From an uncultured Verrucomicrobiae bacterium (GTDB taxonomy: Bacteria; Verrucomicrobiota; Verrucomicrobiia; Chthoniobacterales; UBA10450): a DNA stretch of 64,000 bases. Numbering within the stretch: position 1 is the stretch's first letter; each line of letters opens with the position of its first letter. The stretch is taken from the NCBI GenBank assembly GCA_963772365.1, contig CAVYXA010000001.1:224001-288000 (forward strand). The letters run 5' to 3'. Shown here piece by piece: positions 41,495 to 52,155 of this stretch. The position numbers and the translations under genes are program-made. Below the pieces are notes generated by a model, which had not been told where the DNA came from, searched no databases, and was given only the letters and a program-made list of their open reading frames with translations.

Positions 41495-42292
41495 CTAACC
41501 AACGGCGTCATCACTCATGCCTGGAAGCTGCTGGCGAAGCGACGCTATCGATTCGCGAGCGGCAATTCGCAGCTCATCGGATGCCTCACGACTACGAGCG
41601 AGAAATGAGTTGAGATCGATATTCAAACCGAATTCCTTTTTTGCTTCGAATGTTGCGGCTATTGCTAACGGAGCGAGTTTCGCCGCTGGTTCGTTCACGA
41701 ATTTATCAAGCAATCGTACCTGATCTTCGAATTGTTCGACCCACAGCCGATTGTTTGCTTTTTCTAACTCGATAATTTGTTGGTTAATTTCGCGCGCATG
41801 TTGCGGGGCTTGCACTGCAAGATTCGCCAGTTGCGTAATTCGGGCAGCATTGTTGTTGATCTCAAACTGTCGCCTAACGAGAGCATATCGCTCCGCGACT
41901 AACCGTGCGTAAATCTTCAAATACTCACGGTGCAGCTGCTCAGTGGCATCCATCAACCGTTGACCTGCAACAATGTAAACATTTGCGACCGCCGCCGCGA
42001 ATCGGTTGACAACCGGGAACATCAGCGGTGTGACGTCTTCAATCTGCGGGTTTGTGATGAGGCTAAGAGCCTCGACCGCGGCTGCGTAGGCTTCACCGGC
42101 TCTCAGATATGCATCGCGACGCAGATTCAGTAGGCGATCCTCGCGTTGTTCTTTGCGGTTCACTGCCAATCCGCGCATTACGCCAACAAATGCTAGGAAG
42201 CCTGTTACAAGCGCCGCGCTTGCACCGATTAGCGCCGCGCGTGTTTGCGGATCCTCGATTAAATCCGACCACGCGGTCGCGAGGCAATGCAT
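41495..42292 (-). CDS. Hypothetical protein with N-terminal TM and coiled coil
   Basis: 265-aa ORF, hydrophobic helix near the N-terminus; start uncertain. Confidence 0.6.
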   Translation of the reverse strand: MHCLATAWSDLIEDPQTRAALIGASAALVTGFLAFVGVMRGLAVNRKEQREDRLLNLRRDAYLRAGEAYAAAVEALSLITNPQIEDVTPLMFPVVNRFAAAVANVYIVAGQRLMDATEQLHREYLKIYARLVAERYALVRRQFEINNNAARITQLANLAVQAPQHAREINQQIIELEKANNRLWVEQFEDQVRLLDKFVNEPAAKLAPLAIAATFEAKKEFGLNIDLNSFLARSREASDELRIAARESIASLRQQLPGMSDDAVG

Positions 42293-42299
42293 GCTAGCC

Positions 42300-44087
42300 C
42301 TATCCCGGCAGAGGAAATCGCCGCGTCATCTCGCGCACTTTATCGCGGACGCGATTCAAGGCGGATTCGTCCGCGCGATCCGTTAGGGCTTCGGCAATTA
42401 GATCGGAAATCTCGAGCATTTCTTCTTCGCGCATGCCGCGCGTGGTCACGGCGGGGGTGCCGACGCGGATGCCGCCGGGTTTGAAGGGCGAGCTGGTGTC
42501 GAAGGGGATGGCGTTCTTGTTCACGGTGATCCCGGCGCGGTCGAGCGTTTCCTGGGCGTCTTTCCCGTTCAGATCCTTCGGGCGAAGATCGACAAGCAGC
42601 AGGTGATTATCGGTGCCGCCGGAAACGATGCGGTAGCCGTGCTTGGCCAGACCGGCCGCGAGCGCCTTGGCGTTGATCACGACCTGTCGCTGGTAATCGC
42701 GGAATTGCGGCTGGAGCGCTTCGTGAAAGCAGACCGCTTTGGCCGCGATCACGTGGATGAGCGGGCCGCCTTGAACTCCCGGGAATACGGTGGCGTCGAT
42801 CTTTTTCGCGAATTGTTCCTGGCACATCACGATGCCGCCCCGCGGGCCCCGCAGACTTTTGTGCGTTGTCGTTGTTACAAATTGCGCGTGCGGAATTGGG
42901 CTCGGATGCTGGCCACCGGCGACAAGTCCGGCAATGTGCGCCATATCGACGAACAAGAGCGCGCCTACCGAATCCGCGATCTGGCGCAATCGTGGGAAAT
43001 CGATGATGCGCGAATACGCTGAAGCACCGGCGGTAATCATTGCCGGCTTCACTTCCTCGGCTTGTTTTTGCAATGCATCGTAATCGATCCGCTCCGTTTT
43101 CTCGCTGACGCCGTATTGCGAAACGGTGTAGAACTTCCCGGAAAAATTTGCCGGATGACCGTGGGTGAGATGCCCGCCATGGGCGAGATTCATGGCTAGA
43201 ATTTTGTCGCCCGGCTTCAGCATCGCGAAATAGACGGCCATGTTCGCCTGCGCGCCGCTGTGCGGTTGCACGTTCACGTGATCGCAGCCGAACAATCGCT
43301 TCGCCCGATCGATGGCCAATTGCTCGGCAACATCGACATTCTCGCAGCCGCCATACCAACGCTTTCCCGGCAGGCCTTCGGCGTATTTGTTCGTTAAACA
43401 AGAGCCTTGCGCTTCCATCACCGCGCGGCTGGCGAAATTTTCCGAAGCGATCAGCTCAATGTTTTCCCGCTGTCGTTTTTCTTCGGCTTGAATGGCATCG
43501 TAGATTTCGGGATCCGTTTTGCGCAAAGCGCTGCCGGAAATCGATGTCGATCCTGTGGCTTCGATCGGTTGAGGGAAATCGCTCATGAAACAGGGAGTTG
43601 CCCGACTCGTTCGCGAGGTGGGAGCAAGCTCGCCTTGTTCTACGAACGAGAGCACGCTTGGTAAAGTGTTTTTGATCGTGCGCGCGCAGTCTTCGTAAAC
43701 TTCGCGGCCGAGCCCGATCGGATCCGGCACATCGCGCCACACCGTTGTTCCGGGCTCTTCAAATTCGCGCAACAGATATGATTTCTCGGCACCCTTTGGA
43801 AAAAGAAGATGAATGGTTTCCAAATGTGCGCCGGTCATGGCGAAAATATGGGTGGCGCGATCAACCAATTCGGCGGTAAGCGGCTGACTTCGGAACCCTC
43901 TGATATCTGTGCCTTCGGCTTCACACACTTCAATCGCATACAAGCTCGGCGGCTGTCCGCGTACGGCGTGGACGCCGGCAGATGCGACTTCGATGTCCTT
44001 GCGATTGCCAAGAAAACTCCGGAAAAGCCCTTCAGCAATCGGACTTCGGCAGATGTTTCCGGTACAAACAAAGAGGACGCTTTTCAT
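42300..44087 (-). CDS. glyA: Low-molecular-weight phosphatase fused to serine hydroxymethyltransferase
   Basis: N-terminal CTGNICRS and DVPDP; then [25 protein letters not shown]; single open frame. Confidence 0.92.
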   Translation of the reverse strand: MKSVLFVCTGNICRSPIAEGLFRSFLGNRKDIEVASAGVHAVRGQPPSLYAIEVCEAEGTDIRGFRSQPLTAELVDRATHIFAMTGAHLETIHLLFPKGAEKSYLLREFEEPGTTVWRDVPDPIGLGREVYEDCARTIKNTLPSVLSFVEQGELAPTSRTSRATPCFMSDFPQPIEATGSTSISGSALRKTDPEIYDAIQAEEKRQRENIELIASENFASRAVMEAQGSCLTNKYAEGLPGKRWYGGCENVDVAEQLAIDRAKRLFGCDHVNVQPHSGAQANMAVYFAMLKPGDKILAMNLAHGGHLTHGHPANFSGKFYTVSQYGVSEKTERIDYDALQKQAEEVKPAMITAGASAYSRIIDFPRLRQIADSVGALLFVDMAHIAGLVAGGQHPSPIPHAQFVTTTTHKSLRGPRGGIVMCQEQFAKKIDATVFPGVQGGPLIHVIAAKAVCFHEALQPQFRDYQRQVVINAKALAAGLAKHGYRIVSGGTDNHLLLVDLRPKDLNGKDAQETLDRAGITVNKNAIPFDTSSPFKPGGIRVGTPAVTTRGMREEEMLEISDLIAEALTDRADESALNRVRDKVREMTRRFPLPG

Positions 44088-44266
44088 GGTCGAATGCCCT
44101 GCCTGCGGACAGAAGTTCAACCTAGGATCGAAGATGGCCAAGTCAATTTGCTGGCTACTGAGCGTCGCACTGCGAATCGGTGGGAATTTGCGGCTTCGCC
44201 GATCTGTTTAGCATCGGTCCGAGCCGGACTGGCATATCGGAGAAGCCGATCCACCTTTCCGTTTTG

Positions 44267-44421
44267 AGGTGGAACGCGTTGTCCCAACGCGTTGATAAAC
44301 AACCCGCTGCAGGCGCCGAATCATCCAACTGCGGATTCCAGTTTGCTTGTGCAGCGTCGCAGAGGGATCTTGCGCCTTCGGCGGTTGGCCCAACATCGCC
44401 TTCGGAGAAGCCGATCCACCT
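44267..44421. repeat. GGTGGA...TCCACC REP-like element (family B); extra right arm at 44237-44256
   Basis: AGGTGGAACGCGTTGTCCCAACGCGTTG ... CTTCGGAGAAGCCGATCCACCT. Confidence 0.75.
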
Positions 44422-44499
44422 CGTTGAATCGCAAGAAATAGTTGGCGAATCGCAAGCGCTGCGTGGCCTCTCGATCCCAATCAAACGACGATAAGATGA

Positions 44500-46707
44500 A
44501 TGAAAACGGCTTCATCAGCCTGGCCTCGCATTGCCCGAATTCTGGAAAGACATCCAGAAGTGAAACAGGTCCGGGTCGACACCGATGGAAGAAAAGTGGC
44601 GGTCGGTTTTTACGAAACGCCATCCGACGAACTGATTGATCGCGTCAAGGCGATTGTGGGCGACGAACTATCGGGGCAATGGGATGTCTCGGTTAATTCC
44701 TTCGATGCGCCAGCCAATCTCCACTTTCACAAGATCAACGGTCATACCACCGAATTTCATCGGGCCCACCCTGCCAATGAGCCGAGATTGATCTGGCGCG
44801 AGCTTCGCATTCCGGCATGGCGCAATCGTCCTTACCCGCCGGCGGTCGAGCGGGATTATCGCGTGATGCTTTTGCTCGCCGGGACTTGCGGGCTCAGCAC
44901 GCTGGCAGGTTTTCTACTGGGCCGGGCCGAATCGGGCGTGCAATTCATCGGAACGCTCTTTGCAATCGCTTACGTGGCTGGCGGATGGTTTGCCATCCAG
45001 GATGTCTGGCGCGGTCTGAAACAGCGCAAGATCGACGTTCAATTTCTCATGGTGCTGGTGGCTTTGGGGGCGGCATCAGTCGGCGCGCCTACGGAAGGGG
45101 CCACGTTGCTTTTTTTATTTTCGTTGAGCAATGCCCTGGAACAATTCGCGAATTATCGCACCCATAAGACGATCGATTCGCTTCTGAAAGCGGCCCCAAA
45201 ACACGCGCTGCGTCGCGAAGCCGGGACGTGGATGGAGATTCCGATGGAACAAATTTCACAGGGCGACGAACTCTTGGTGAAACCGGGCGAACTGTTTCCC
45301 GTCGATGGCGTGGTGATTGAAGGGGCAAGCGCGGCCGATGAATCGGCGCTGACCGGCGAATCGTTGCCGGTCTCGAAGCGGGTCGGCGATTCCGTCAGCA
45401 GCGGGACTCTTAATCTGGATGGCCAGGCTGTGATCCGCGTGACACATGAACTGGAGGACAGCGCACTGTATCGGATTTTGTCGCTCATCCAGTCGGCCCA
45501 GCAGCAGAAAGCACCTGCGCAACGCTTTACCGATTCTTTCAGCCGATATTACACATGGATCGTGCTTACGGCGAGCGCCGTCGGCTTTGTGATCCTGCTG
45601 TTGCTGGAACGGCCCGTTGCTGATGCATTTTATCGAACCATGACATTGCTCGTGGTCGCTTCGCCATGCGCGCTGGTCTTATCGATCCCTTCGGCAATTC
45701 TTGTAGCCATTGCCGCTGGCGCGCGCCAGGGGATTCTTTTCCGCGGCGGAGTAGCAATTGAAAATCTTGCCAGGGTAAAGCAGTTCGCCTTCGATAAGAC
45801 GGGCACCCTAACGAAAGGAACATTACGCGTCGCCCGCGTTCTCAGCGTGAATTCCGAATCGGATGACAGCCTGATCCAACTGGCCGCATCGGTTGGACAG
45901 TTCTCGACCCATCCGCTCTCGCGAGCAATTGTCCACGAGGCGGAGCAGCGCGCTCTTCCTTTGCTCGATATATCGGATTTTCGCAATCTGCCCGGCCTCG
46001 GAATGGAAGCGCGCGTCGGCCATGAAGTGGTTATAGTAGGTAGCCAGCGTTTGATGCACGAAAGAGAAATTCTCCTGCCGGAAGCGGAATCTTCCAGCGA
46101 AGCCGAAGTTTGGATCGCAAGCAGCATGATTCAGGGCGCGATTTTTCTAAGCGATGAGATCCGTCCGGCAGCCAAACGCGTGATCGAATTCCTGAAGCGC
46201 AATGGTCTCTCCGTCGCGCTCCTCACCGGCGACCGCGCTTCGGCCGCGAGATCCGTTGGCGCGCAGGTTGGAATTGACGATGTGCGACCAGATTTTACTC
46301 CGGAAATGAAACTCCAATGCGTCCACTCATGGCGCAATCAGGGCAAGAAAGTGGCGATGGTCGGGGATGGAATCAACGACGCGCCGAGTCTGACCGCAGC
46401 CGATGTTGCAATCGGCATGGGCGCGCGCGGCTCGGATGCCGCCCTGGAGCAGGCCGATGTGATTTTGATGCACGACAAAATAGAAAATGTCGAGCAGGCG
46501 TTCCAACTCAGCCGTCGTGCACGCGCCGTTATCCGTCAGAATATTGTCATCTCGCTTGGCGTGATTTTGGTTTTGGTGACATCCGCGGTGTTGGAAAAGA
46601 TCAATCTGACTCTGGGCGTAATTGGTCACGAAGGCAGCACCGTGATCGTGATTTTGAATGCGCTGCGATTGCTCGGCTTTCGCGGAAGCAAAATCACCGC
46701 GTCTTAA
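44500..46707 (+). CDS. Heavy-metal P1B-type ATPase (P1B-4-like)
   Basis: TGES, SPC, DKTGT, HP, GDGIND, HEGST. Confidence 0.93.
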   Translation: MKTASSAWPRIARILERHPEVKQVRVDTDGRKVAVGFYETPSDELIDRVKAIVGDELSGQWDVSVNSFDAPANLHFHKINGHTTEFHRAHPANEPRLIWRELRIPAWRNRPYPPAVERDYRVMLLLAGTCGLSTLAGFLLGRAESGVQFIGTLFAIAYVAGGWFAIQDVWRGLKQRKIDVQFLMVLVALGAASVGAPTEGATLLFLFSLSNALEQFANYRTHKTIDSLLKAAPKHALRREAGTWMEIPMEQISQGDELLVKPGELFPVDGVVIEGASAADESALTGESLPVSKRVGDSVSSGTLNLDGQAVIRVTHELEDSALYRILSLIQSAQQQKAPAQRFTDSFSRYYTWIVLTASAVGFVILLLLERPVADAFYRTMTLLVVASPCALVLSIPSAILVAIAAGARQGILFRGGVAIENLARVKQFAFDKTGTLTKGTLRVARVLSVNSESDDSLIQLAASVGQFSTHPLSRAIVHEAEQRALPLLDISDFRNLPGLGMEARVGHEVVIVGSQRLMHEREILLPEAESSSEAEVWIASSMIQGAIFLSDEIRPAAKRVIEFLKRNGLSVALLTGDRASAARSVGAQVGIDDVRPDFTPEMKLQCVHSWRNQGKKVAMVGDGINDAPSLTAADVAIGMGARGSDAALEQADVILMHDKIENVEQAFQLSRRARAVIRQNIVISLGVILVLVTSAVLEKINLTLGVIGHEGSTVIVILNALRLLGFRGSKITAS

Positions 46708-46708
46708 T

Positions 46709-48367
46709 TTAGACGTAATAGCGCCAGTTCACATTGGGGAACAAATTGTCGCGGCATTCGCAATCCTTCAGAAACTCTTCATCGACATCATTGGCGACAA
46801 ATTGATCGTGCAAACGGTTGAAGCGGTCGAGATGATCCTTTGTCCGTTTGGTGGCGTATTCTCTAGCGGTCCCCGTTTTCATGAGAAATGCCCAATCGCT
46901 CGATTGCGCGAGCAAAAGTTCTCGGGCTAACTGTTTCAAGACTCGATCGACCAATTGCGGAACGGCCGCTTTGGATTGTAGGGCGGGCGCTCCGCCTGCC
47001 AGCTCTGCGCTTGGCAACCGAAGCGGTTGCCCTACAATCGCCGGATCAGTTGAATGCCGTCGCGCGATTTCGGTCATCTTCTGCGCAGCGGCATGCAGGT
47101 GCGGATAAATCCAGGCATTGCTCGGGTTTAACCAGACTTCGAGATGGCCGTTCTCGCCCCATGTCGATGTTGCCGGACGGATCGTCTGCTGAGTTGGATG
47201 TTCGGTCAGATATTCGCTTGGTGTGGTGAGACGAAAATCATTTTGATCGGCGGCAACCTTGCGGATGAAAAATTCCAGAAAGCGCGGTCCCTCAAACCAC
47301 CAATGCCCGAACAACTCGGCATCGAATGGAATCGTCACGATCGGATCGAAGCCAAGAGCACTGATTTCACGGATTTGTCGTTTGCGTTGTTCGAAAAAAT
47401 GATCGGCCTGAATTTCCGCCACGTGTTCGGCCACCGCGGGATCGTACAATTCTTTCTCTTCACCGCGCCCGGTAATGCGATGATATTTGATTCCTGAAAA
47501 TGTTCTGTCGTCTCGCCCGAATGGGCCGAGGTGTTCCATCGGAAGATCGAACCCGACGTCACGATAAAATTCGCGGTAAGCAGGGTCACCCGGATATCCG
47601 CCCTTTGCGCTCCAGACTTGTCGGCTCGATTCGCGGTCCCGGGCGAAAGCTGCCGGACCGGCCGGCGTGTAACAGGGAGCGAAAATCGACTTCTGCGGAC
47701 GCGGGTTGCCAAACATCAGCCCATGTGAATCGAGAACGAACCAGCGAATGTTCGCTCCCTGAAGGACCGAATCGAGATCCGGCGCGTAAGCGCATTCCGG
47801 CAGCCAGAAACCAAACGGCTCGACGCCGAAAAGATCGACGTATTGATCTCGTCCGATCAACACCTGTGCCCGCACGGCCTCCGGCGATTGCTGGAGCAGG
47901 GGAAGCAATCCATGAGTCGCGGCGCAACCGATGATTTCGAGCGCACCGTTTTTTTGCAGATCACGGAAAGCAGCGATGAGGTTGCATTGCCATTCGTCTA
48001 CAAAAAAACGCCGGCTGTCGGTAAAGAGCTCGAAATAAAATCCGGCGAGATCGCGCAGCTCTTGATTGTTTCGATTTCGCTTTTGCTCGCGCTGGGCGAG
48101 GTCGATGAGAAGATCGACATGTTCGATGTAGCGCTCTCGCAAAAGCTCATCCTGCAACATCGCGCAAAGCGTTGGCGTAAGAGACATGGTAAGCTTGAAT
48201 CCCGACGAGTCGGGATCCGCCACGAGCCGCTGCAGCATGCGCAGCAGCGGAATGTAGGTCTCAGTGATTGCCTCGAAGAGCCAGCTTTCCTCGAGGAAAC
48301 GTTTATGCTCGGGATGCCGAACGAAGGGAAGATGCGCGTGGAGAATGAGCGCGATGCGACCGGCCAT
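46709..48367 (-). CDS. GH57 1,4-alpha-glucan branching enzyme (DUF1957)
   Basis: LHAHLPFV, WLPECAY, FDAELFGHWWFEG, LLAQSSDWAF. Confidence 0.93.
   Translation of the reverse strand: MAGRIALILHAHLPFVRHPEHKRFLEESWLFEAITETYIPLLRMLQRLVADPDSSGFKLTMSLTPTLCAMLQDELLRERYIEHVDLLIDLAQREQKRNRNNQELRDLAGFYFELFTDSRRFFVDEWQCNLIAAFRDLQKNGALEIIGCAATHGLLPLLQQSPEAVRAQVLIGRDQYVDLFGVEPFGFWLPECAYAPDLDSVLQGANIRWFVLDSHGLMFGNPRPQKSIFAPCYTPAGPAAFARDRESSRQVWSAKGGYPGDPAYREFYRDVGFDLPMEHLGPFGRDDRTFSGIKYHRITGRGEEKELYDPAVAEHVAEIQADHFFEQRKRQIREISALGFDPIVTIPFDAELFGHWWFEGPRFLEFFIRKVAADQNDFRLTTPSEYLTEHPTQQTIRPATSTWGENGHLEVWLNPSNAWIYPHLHAAAQKMTEIARRHSTDPAIVGQPLRLPSAELAGGAPALQSKAAVPQLVDRVLKQLARELLLAQSSDWAFLMKTGTAREYATKRTKDHLDRFNRLHDQFVANDVDEEFLKDCECRDNLFPNVNWRYYV
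46974..47039. repeat. GTAG-type REP-like doublet inserted in-frame (66 bp) in the GH57 gene
   Basis: Perfect 11-bp terminal IR GATTGTAGGGC/GCCCTACAATC with inner hairpins GGCGGGCG..CGCCTGCC and GGCAACCG..CGGTTGCC. Confidence 0.85.
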
Positions 48368-48385
48368 AGTGAGATAAGTTGCAAA

Positions 48386-48473
48386 GGTGGATCGAGATCC
48401 CGAGCTCGATGCTAAGAACCAGCCGGCAGAGCCGCAAATCTATTACCAACGCGCTCGGAGATCGCGGTCCACC
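48386..48473. repeat. GGTGGA...TCCACC REP-like element (family B variant)
   Basis: GGTGGATCGAGATCCCGAGCTCGATG ... CAACGCGCTCGGAGATCGCGGTCCACC. Confidence 0.65.
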
Positions 48474-48485
48474 GATCTCTCGCGT

Positions 48486-49649
48486 CTATAATGTGCGGCA
48501 GAAATCCTGGAAGCGATCTAGACCTTTTTTGATGATGTCGATGCTGGTTGCGTAACTCAATCGAACGGTGCGGTCGTCGCCAAAAGCCGCGCCCGGCACA
48601 ACCGCCACACTGGCCTTGCTCAACAATCGATCGGAAAAATTCTGCGAACTCAATCCGAGCTGGCTGATGTTAACCAAAACGTAAAACGCGCCCTGGGGTT
48701 TGATCGCGGTGACGTTCGGGATTTTTGAAACGCGATCGAACATGTAGTTGCGACGCAGATCAAATTCTTCGCGCATATCGGCCAGCGGCTGTTGATCGCC
48801 CTTCAAAGCCGCCAGCGCTCCGTGTTGCGAGAACGAGGAAGGATTGGATGTGCTGTGGCTTTGAATGGAATCGATCGCTTTCGCCACGGCGTCCGGCGCT
48901 GCCGAATAACCGAGTCGCCATCCAGTCATGGCATACGATTTACTGAAACCATTGATGGTAATGGTGAGATCGTACGCTTCTTTCGACAGAGAACCGATGC
49001 TGACGTGCTGCGCATCATCGTAAACCAACTTTTCGTAGATCTCGTCGGCTAAAATGTAGATGTCTTCCTCGGCGGCAACATCGACAAGCGCCTGCAATTC
49101 CTCGCGCGTATAAACCGATCCGGTGGGATTTCCCGGAGTATTGATGATCAACATCTTCGTGCGCGGCGTCATGGCATTCTCAAACTCTTCCGCGCTGAGT
49201 TTCCACGAGTTGCGCTCGCTCGTGGGCACGATCACCGGTTCGGCTCCGGCCAGGCGCACCATCTCCGGATAGCTCACCCAGTAAGGCGCGGGAATAATCA
49301 CTTCATCTCCGGGCTGACACGTGGCCAGGATCGCGTTGAAACAGGAATGCTTGGCGCCGTTGCTGACAACAATTTGAGTCGCCCGATAGCTCAGTCCGTT
49401 ATCGGCCGCCAGTTTCTCTGCAATCGCCTGCCGCAGTTCGGGTATGCCGGAACTCGGTGTGTATTTAGTGAACCCGGCCTGCAAGGCCGAGATCGCCGCG
49501 GCTTTGATGTGTTCCGGTGTATCGAAATCCGGCTCGCCCGCACCGAAGCCGCACACGTCAATGCCCTCGGTCTTCATGGCTTTGGCTTTGCTGTCGATCG
49601 AAAGAGTGAGCGAAGGAGTGAGTTGAGCGGCGCGAACGGAAATTTCCAT
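48486..49649 (-). CDS. PLP-dependent aminotransferase class I (aspartate aminotransferase)
   Basis: GEPDFDTP, NPTG, DEIY, SKSYAMTGWRLG. Confidence 0.93.
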   Translation of the reverse strand: MEISVRAAQLTPSLTLSIDSKAKAMKTEGIDVCGFGAGEPDFDTPEHIKAAAISALQAGFTKYTPSSGIPELRQAIAEKLAADNGLSYRATQIVVSNGAKHSCFNAILATCQPGDEVIIPAPYWVSYPEMVRLAGAEPVIVPTSERNSWKLSAEEFENAMTPRTKMLIINTPGNPTGSVYTREELQALVDVAAEEDIYILADEIYEKLVYDDAQHVSIGSLSKEAYDLTITINGFSKSYAMTGWRLGYSAAPDAVAKAIDSIQSHSTSNPSSFSQHGALAALKGDQQPLADMREEFDLRRNYMFDRVSKIPNVTAIKPQGAFYVLVNISQLGLSSQNFSDRLLSKASVAVVPGAAFGDDRTVRLSYATSIDIIKKGLDRFQDFCRTL

Positions 49650-49686
49650 GTCGATGATGTTAGTTGTGAAATTTAAGGTGCGCACA

Positions 49687-50763
49687 CTATTGGCGGCGAT
49701 AGAAATTTTCAATGAAAGGTTTAAAGTTATTCTCATCTACCCGGACGATTTTCATTTCCCGCTGTGCGTTTTCGGGTGAATCCGATGCGTGCGCAGCGTT
49801 GATCATGATCGTCTGCCCGAATTCCTTGCGAATCGAGCCGGGCGGCGCCTTGGCAGGATCGGTAGGCCCGAGCACTTCGCGAACTTTGCGGACCGCATCT
49901 TCGCCTTGATACACGATGGCTACACACTTCTCACTGCCCGGCTCATCTCGTTTTTCCGGCGGACAATCGCTTGGTTTCATTCCAGCCATGAACGCTACGA
50001 TGTCTTCCCAGGCTTGCCGTCCTTTATGTGCACCCAATTTCTCCTGAAGCACCGGCAGCACCGGGCCGTAAAATTCTTCCGCCTGAGCCACGCTCATCCG
50101 GTGCACCTTGAATCCGACAATATAAAGACCGGTGCTGGAAAAAACTTCCACCACGCCACCGGGCCGTAGACTGGGGAATTTGAAATTGTCCGGCTTAATC
50201 AAGACCAGCGTTTTCTCGATCTTGCCATCGGACGGATAACGAATCGTTTGGTCGAGAAGACCGCCGTCAGAATCGGAAAATTCAGCCCACAATTTCAGGT
50301 CCCGCTCGATCGCCTTCGCGTCAAAAGCCGCCAGCACGCCCGGCTCGAAGTAGGTGACCTTGCCCGATTCGTCAGTGACATAATCGCCGTAAGTATCCCG
50401 AATCGTTTCACCCGCGGTGCGCTCATGCACAATATGCCCAACCGTATGGTGAATCTTTTCCACCGCATCCCGACCGCGAAAAACAAGAAACAACACGCGC
50501 GCCCGCTGACCATTCACTTCTGCCCGAAAGTTCTTGCGCACGTAATCGCGGATCAGCTCCTGAGTCGCGCGATGGACGGGCTCGGTTTCGGTCACGATCA
50601 CCTCGGCGTAGCGCTTGGTTAGCTCCGGGCCTGGCGCGAACATGCGGGCGGAGACAAGATCGAGACCAGTCCGCGAGATCAAACGGGAAATAATGCCACC
50701 GGTGCGCGATTTACGGATGGAGTGCGGAGTAATGATGGCGTAACAAAGTTCTTCCGTCTGCAT
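49687..50763 (-). CDS. ndk: Nucleoside diphosphate kinase with tandem NDK-fold domains
   Basis: C-domain TLVLIKPD, GPTDP.KA.PGSIR, NAAHASDS; N-domain degenerate (IITP, TIRDTYG). Confidence 0.85.
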   Translation of the reverse strand: MQTEELCYAIITPHSIRKSRTGGIISRLISRTGLDLVSARMFAPGPELTKRYAEVIVTETEPVHRATQELIRDYVRKNFRAEVNGQRARVLFLVFRGRDAVEKIHHTVGHIVHERTAGETIRDTYGDYVTDESGKVTYFEPGVLAAFDAKAIERDLKLWAEFSDSDGGLLDQTIRYPSDGKIEKTLVLIKPDNFKFPSLRPGGVVEVFSSTGLYIVGFKVHRMSVAQAEEFYGPVLPVLQEKLGAHKGRQAWEDIVAFMAGMKPSDCPPEKRDEPGSEKCVAIVYQGEDAVRKVREVLGPTDPAKAPPGSIRKEFGQTIMINAAHASDSPENAQREMKIVRVDENNFKPFIENFYRRQ

Positions 50764-50854
50764 GATTGCACCGCGGCTCGAGATTAACCGCGTCAATGCA
50801 GAGAAACCGAAGCCGCCAAGGCTGCGAAAACGTAGCCGTCGGGCTTCCCTCGCG

Positions 50855-51679
50855 TCAAATACGTTTTTGCTGCGCCAGGATCGCGATCCATTTTCCCCGG
50901 CGGCACGATTTCACGATGTCGATCTTGTGACGCCGCGTTGCGCGAACCAACTGCTTTTCCTGCTCGCGCAGAACGCCCGAGAGAATCAACCATCGGCTTC
51001 GCTTCAATTTTGGCAGGATCTCAGTCAATAACTCGCTGAACAGGTTCGCGGTCACGATGTCGATGTTCTTTGGAAGCGTTGAACTCCGGGCATCGGCTGT
51101 GCGAAATTCAATATTGTCGATCTTGTTCAACCGCGCATTTTCTCTGGCGGTGAAGAGTGCGCCCGGATCGCTGTCGATTGCCAAAACCTTTTTAGCTCCA
51201 AAACGTTTACCCGCCAGCGCAAGGATTCCGCTACCGGTTCCAAGATCAACAAGCGACCAGCCGGGCCGCCATGAGTGCGTCAATTGTTCCAATAAACGCA
51301 ACGCCATCGCCGTGGTCACGTGCTCACCCGTTCCAAACGCCGTGCCCGCCGGAATAATCAGCCTGTAGGGGAAGCGGACAGCTTCCTGTCTTTGTCGCGA
51401 CCGCAGAATGACCAATCGCGTTCCAATCTTGAGCGGTTTGCTCTTTTGTTCCGATACGATTCGTTTCAGCCAATCGCGACGCAGCCTTTTGGCTCGTCCG
51501 CCAAATTCTGTCACGAGCTGCCGCGCGATATTTCGAGAGCGGCATGCGATTTCGATTTGCAGGCGCTTGCGCCCGGGTGTCGAAATGACGGCGACTCCAG
51601 CCGGAGCGCGCGCTTCCAACAGCTCTTCATGAGCATTCAGCCATTCCGGCTCGACCAATTTCTTCCAGAGATAAATCAC
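50855..51679 (-). CDS. prmA: 50S ribosomal protein L11 methyltransferase
   Basis: P.G.AFGTGEH.TT, DLGTGSGILA, ANL, LILSG. Confidence 0.88.
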   Translation of the reverse strand: MIYLWKKLVEPEWLNAHEELLEARAPAGVAVISTPGRKRLQIEIACRSRNIARQLVTEFGGRAKRLRRDWLKRIVSEQKSKPLKIGTRLVILRSRQRQEAVRFPYRLIIPAGTAFGTGEHVTTAMALRLLEQLTHSWRPGWSLVDLGTGSGILALAGKRFGAKKVLAIDSDPGALFTARENARLNKIDNIEFRTADARSSTLPKNIDIVTANLFSELLTEILPKLKRSRWLILSGVLREQEKQLVRATRRHKIDIVKSCRRGKWIAILAQQKRI

Positions 51680-51744
51680 TTTGAGTGTAGTAATTTACAG
51701 TTGCGTGTCGCGCCGCGCCGGACATTATTTCTGCTCCTCAAATT

Positions 51745-51819
<75 letters not shown>

Positions 51820-51894
51820 GCCCCGAAAGCGTTCGGGGCTGGAGCGTCCGCCATAGCCTCGTGCGAAGGCGGACCCCTTCGGCGATAAATTTTC

Positions 51895-52130
51895 CGCCTT
51901 CGGCGATTTCGGCTGGCATCGTCTTCGGAGAAGCCGATCCACCTTACGCCAACTGAATGAATAGTAATGGTGGAATGTGTTGTCCCTAACGCGTTGGTAA
52001 AACAACTGTGGCGCAGCCGCCAAAACTTCTCTTGGCTCGTCGGCGCGTCTGCAATTTGTTTTGCGCCTTTGGCGATTACTTCTTGGAACCGGTGCGAGCG
52101 GACTGTCATGTCCGGAGAGGCCGATCAGCT
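51895..52130. repeat. Family B REP-like cluster downstream of tRNA-Gly
   Basis: CTTCGGAGAAGCCGATCCACCT (~51923-51944), GGTGGAATGTGTTGTCCCTAACGCGTTG (~51969), CGGAGAGGCCGATCAGCT (~52113); same arms as 44237-44421. Confidence 0.7.
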
Positions 52131-52155
52131 TTTTTGTGCGTGCTTGATCCTTTGT

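Noticed and set aside
44237..44421. Repeated GGAGAAGCCGATCCACC as a CRISPR array
   Set aside because: Only two or three dispersed copies with irregular spacing and no cas genes; fits REP-like elements
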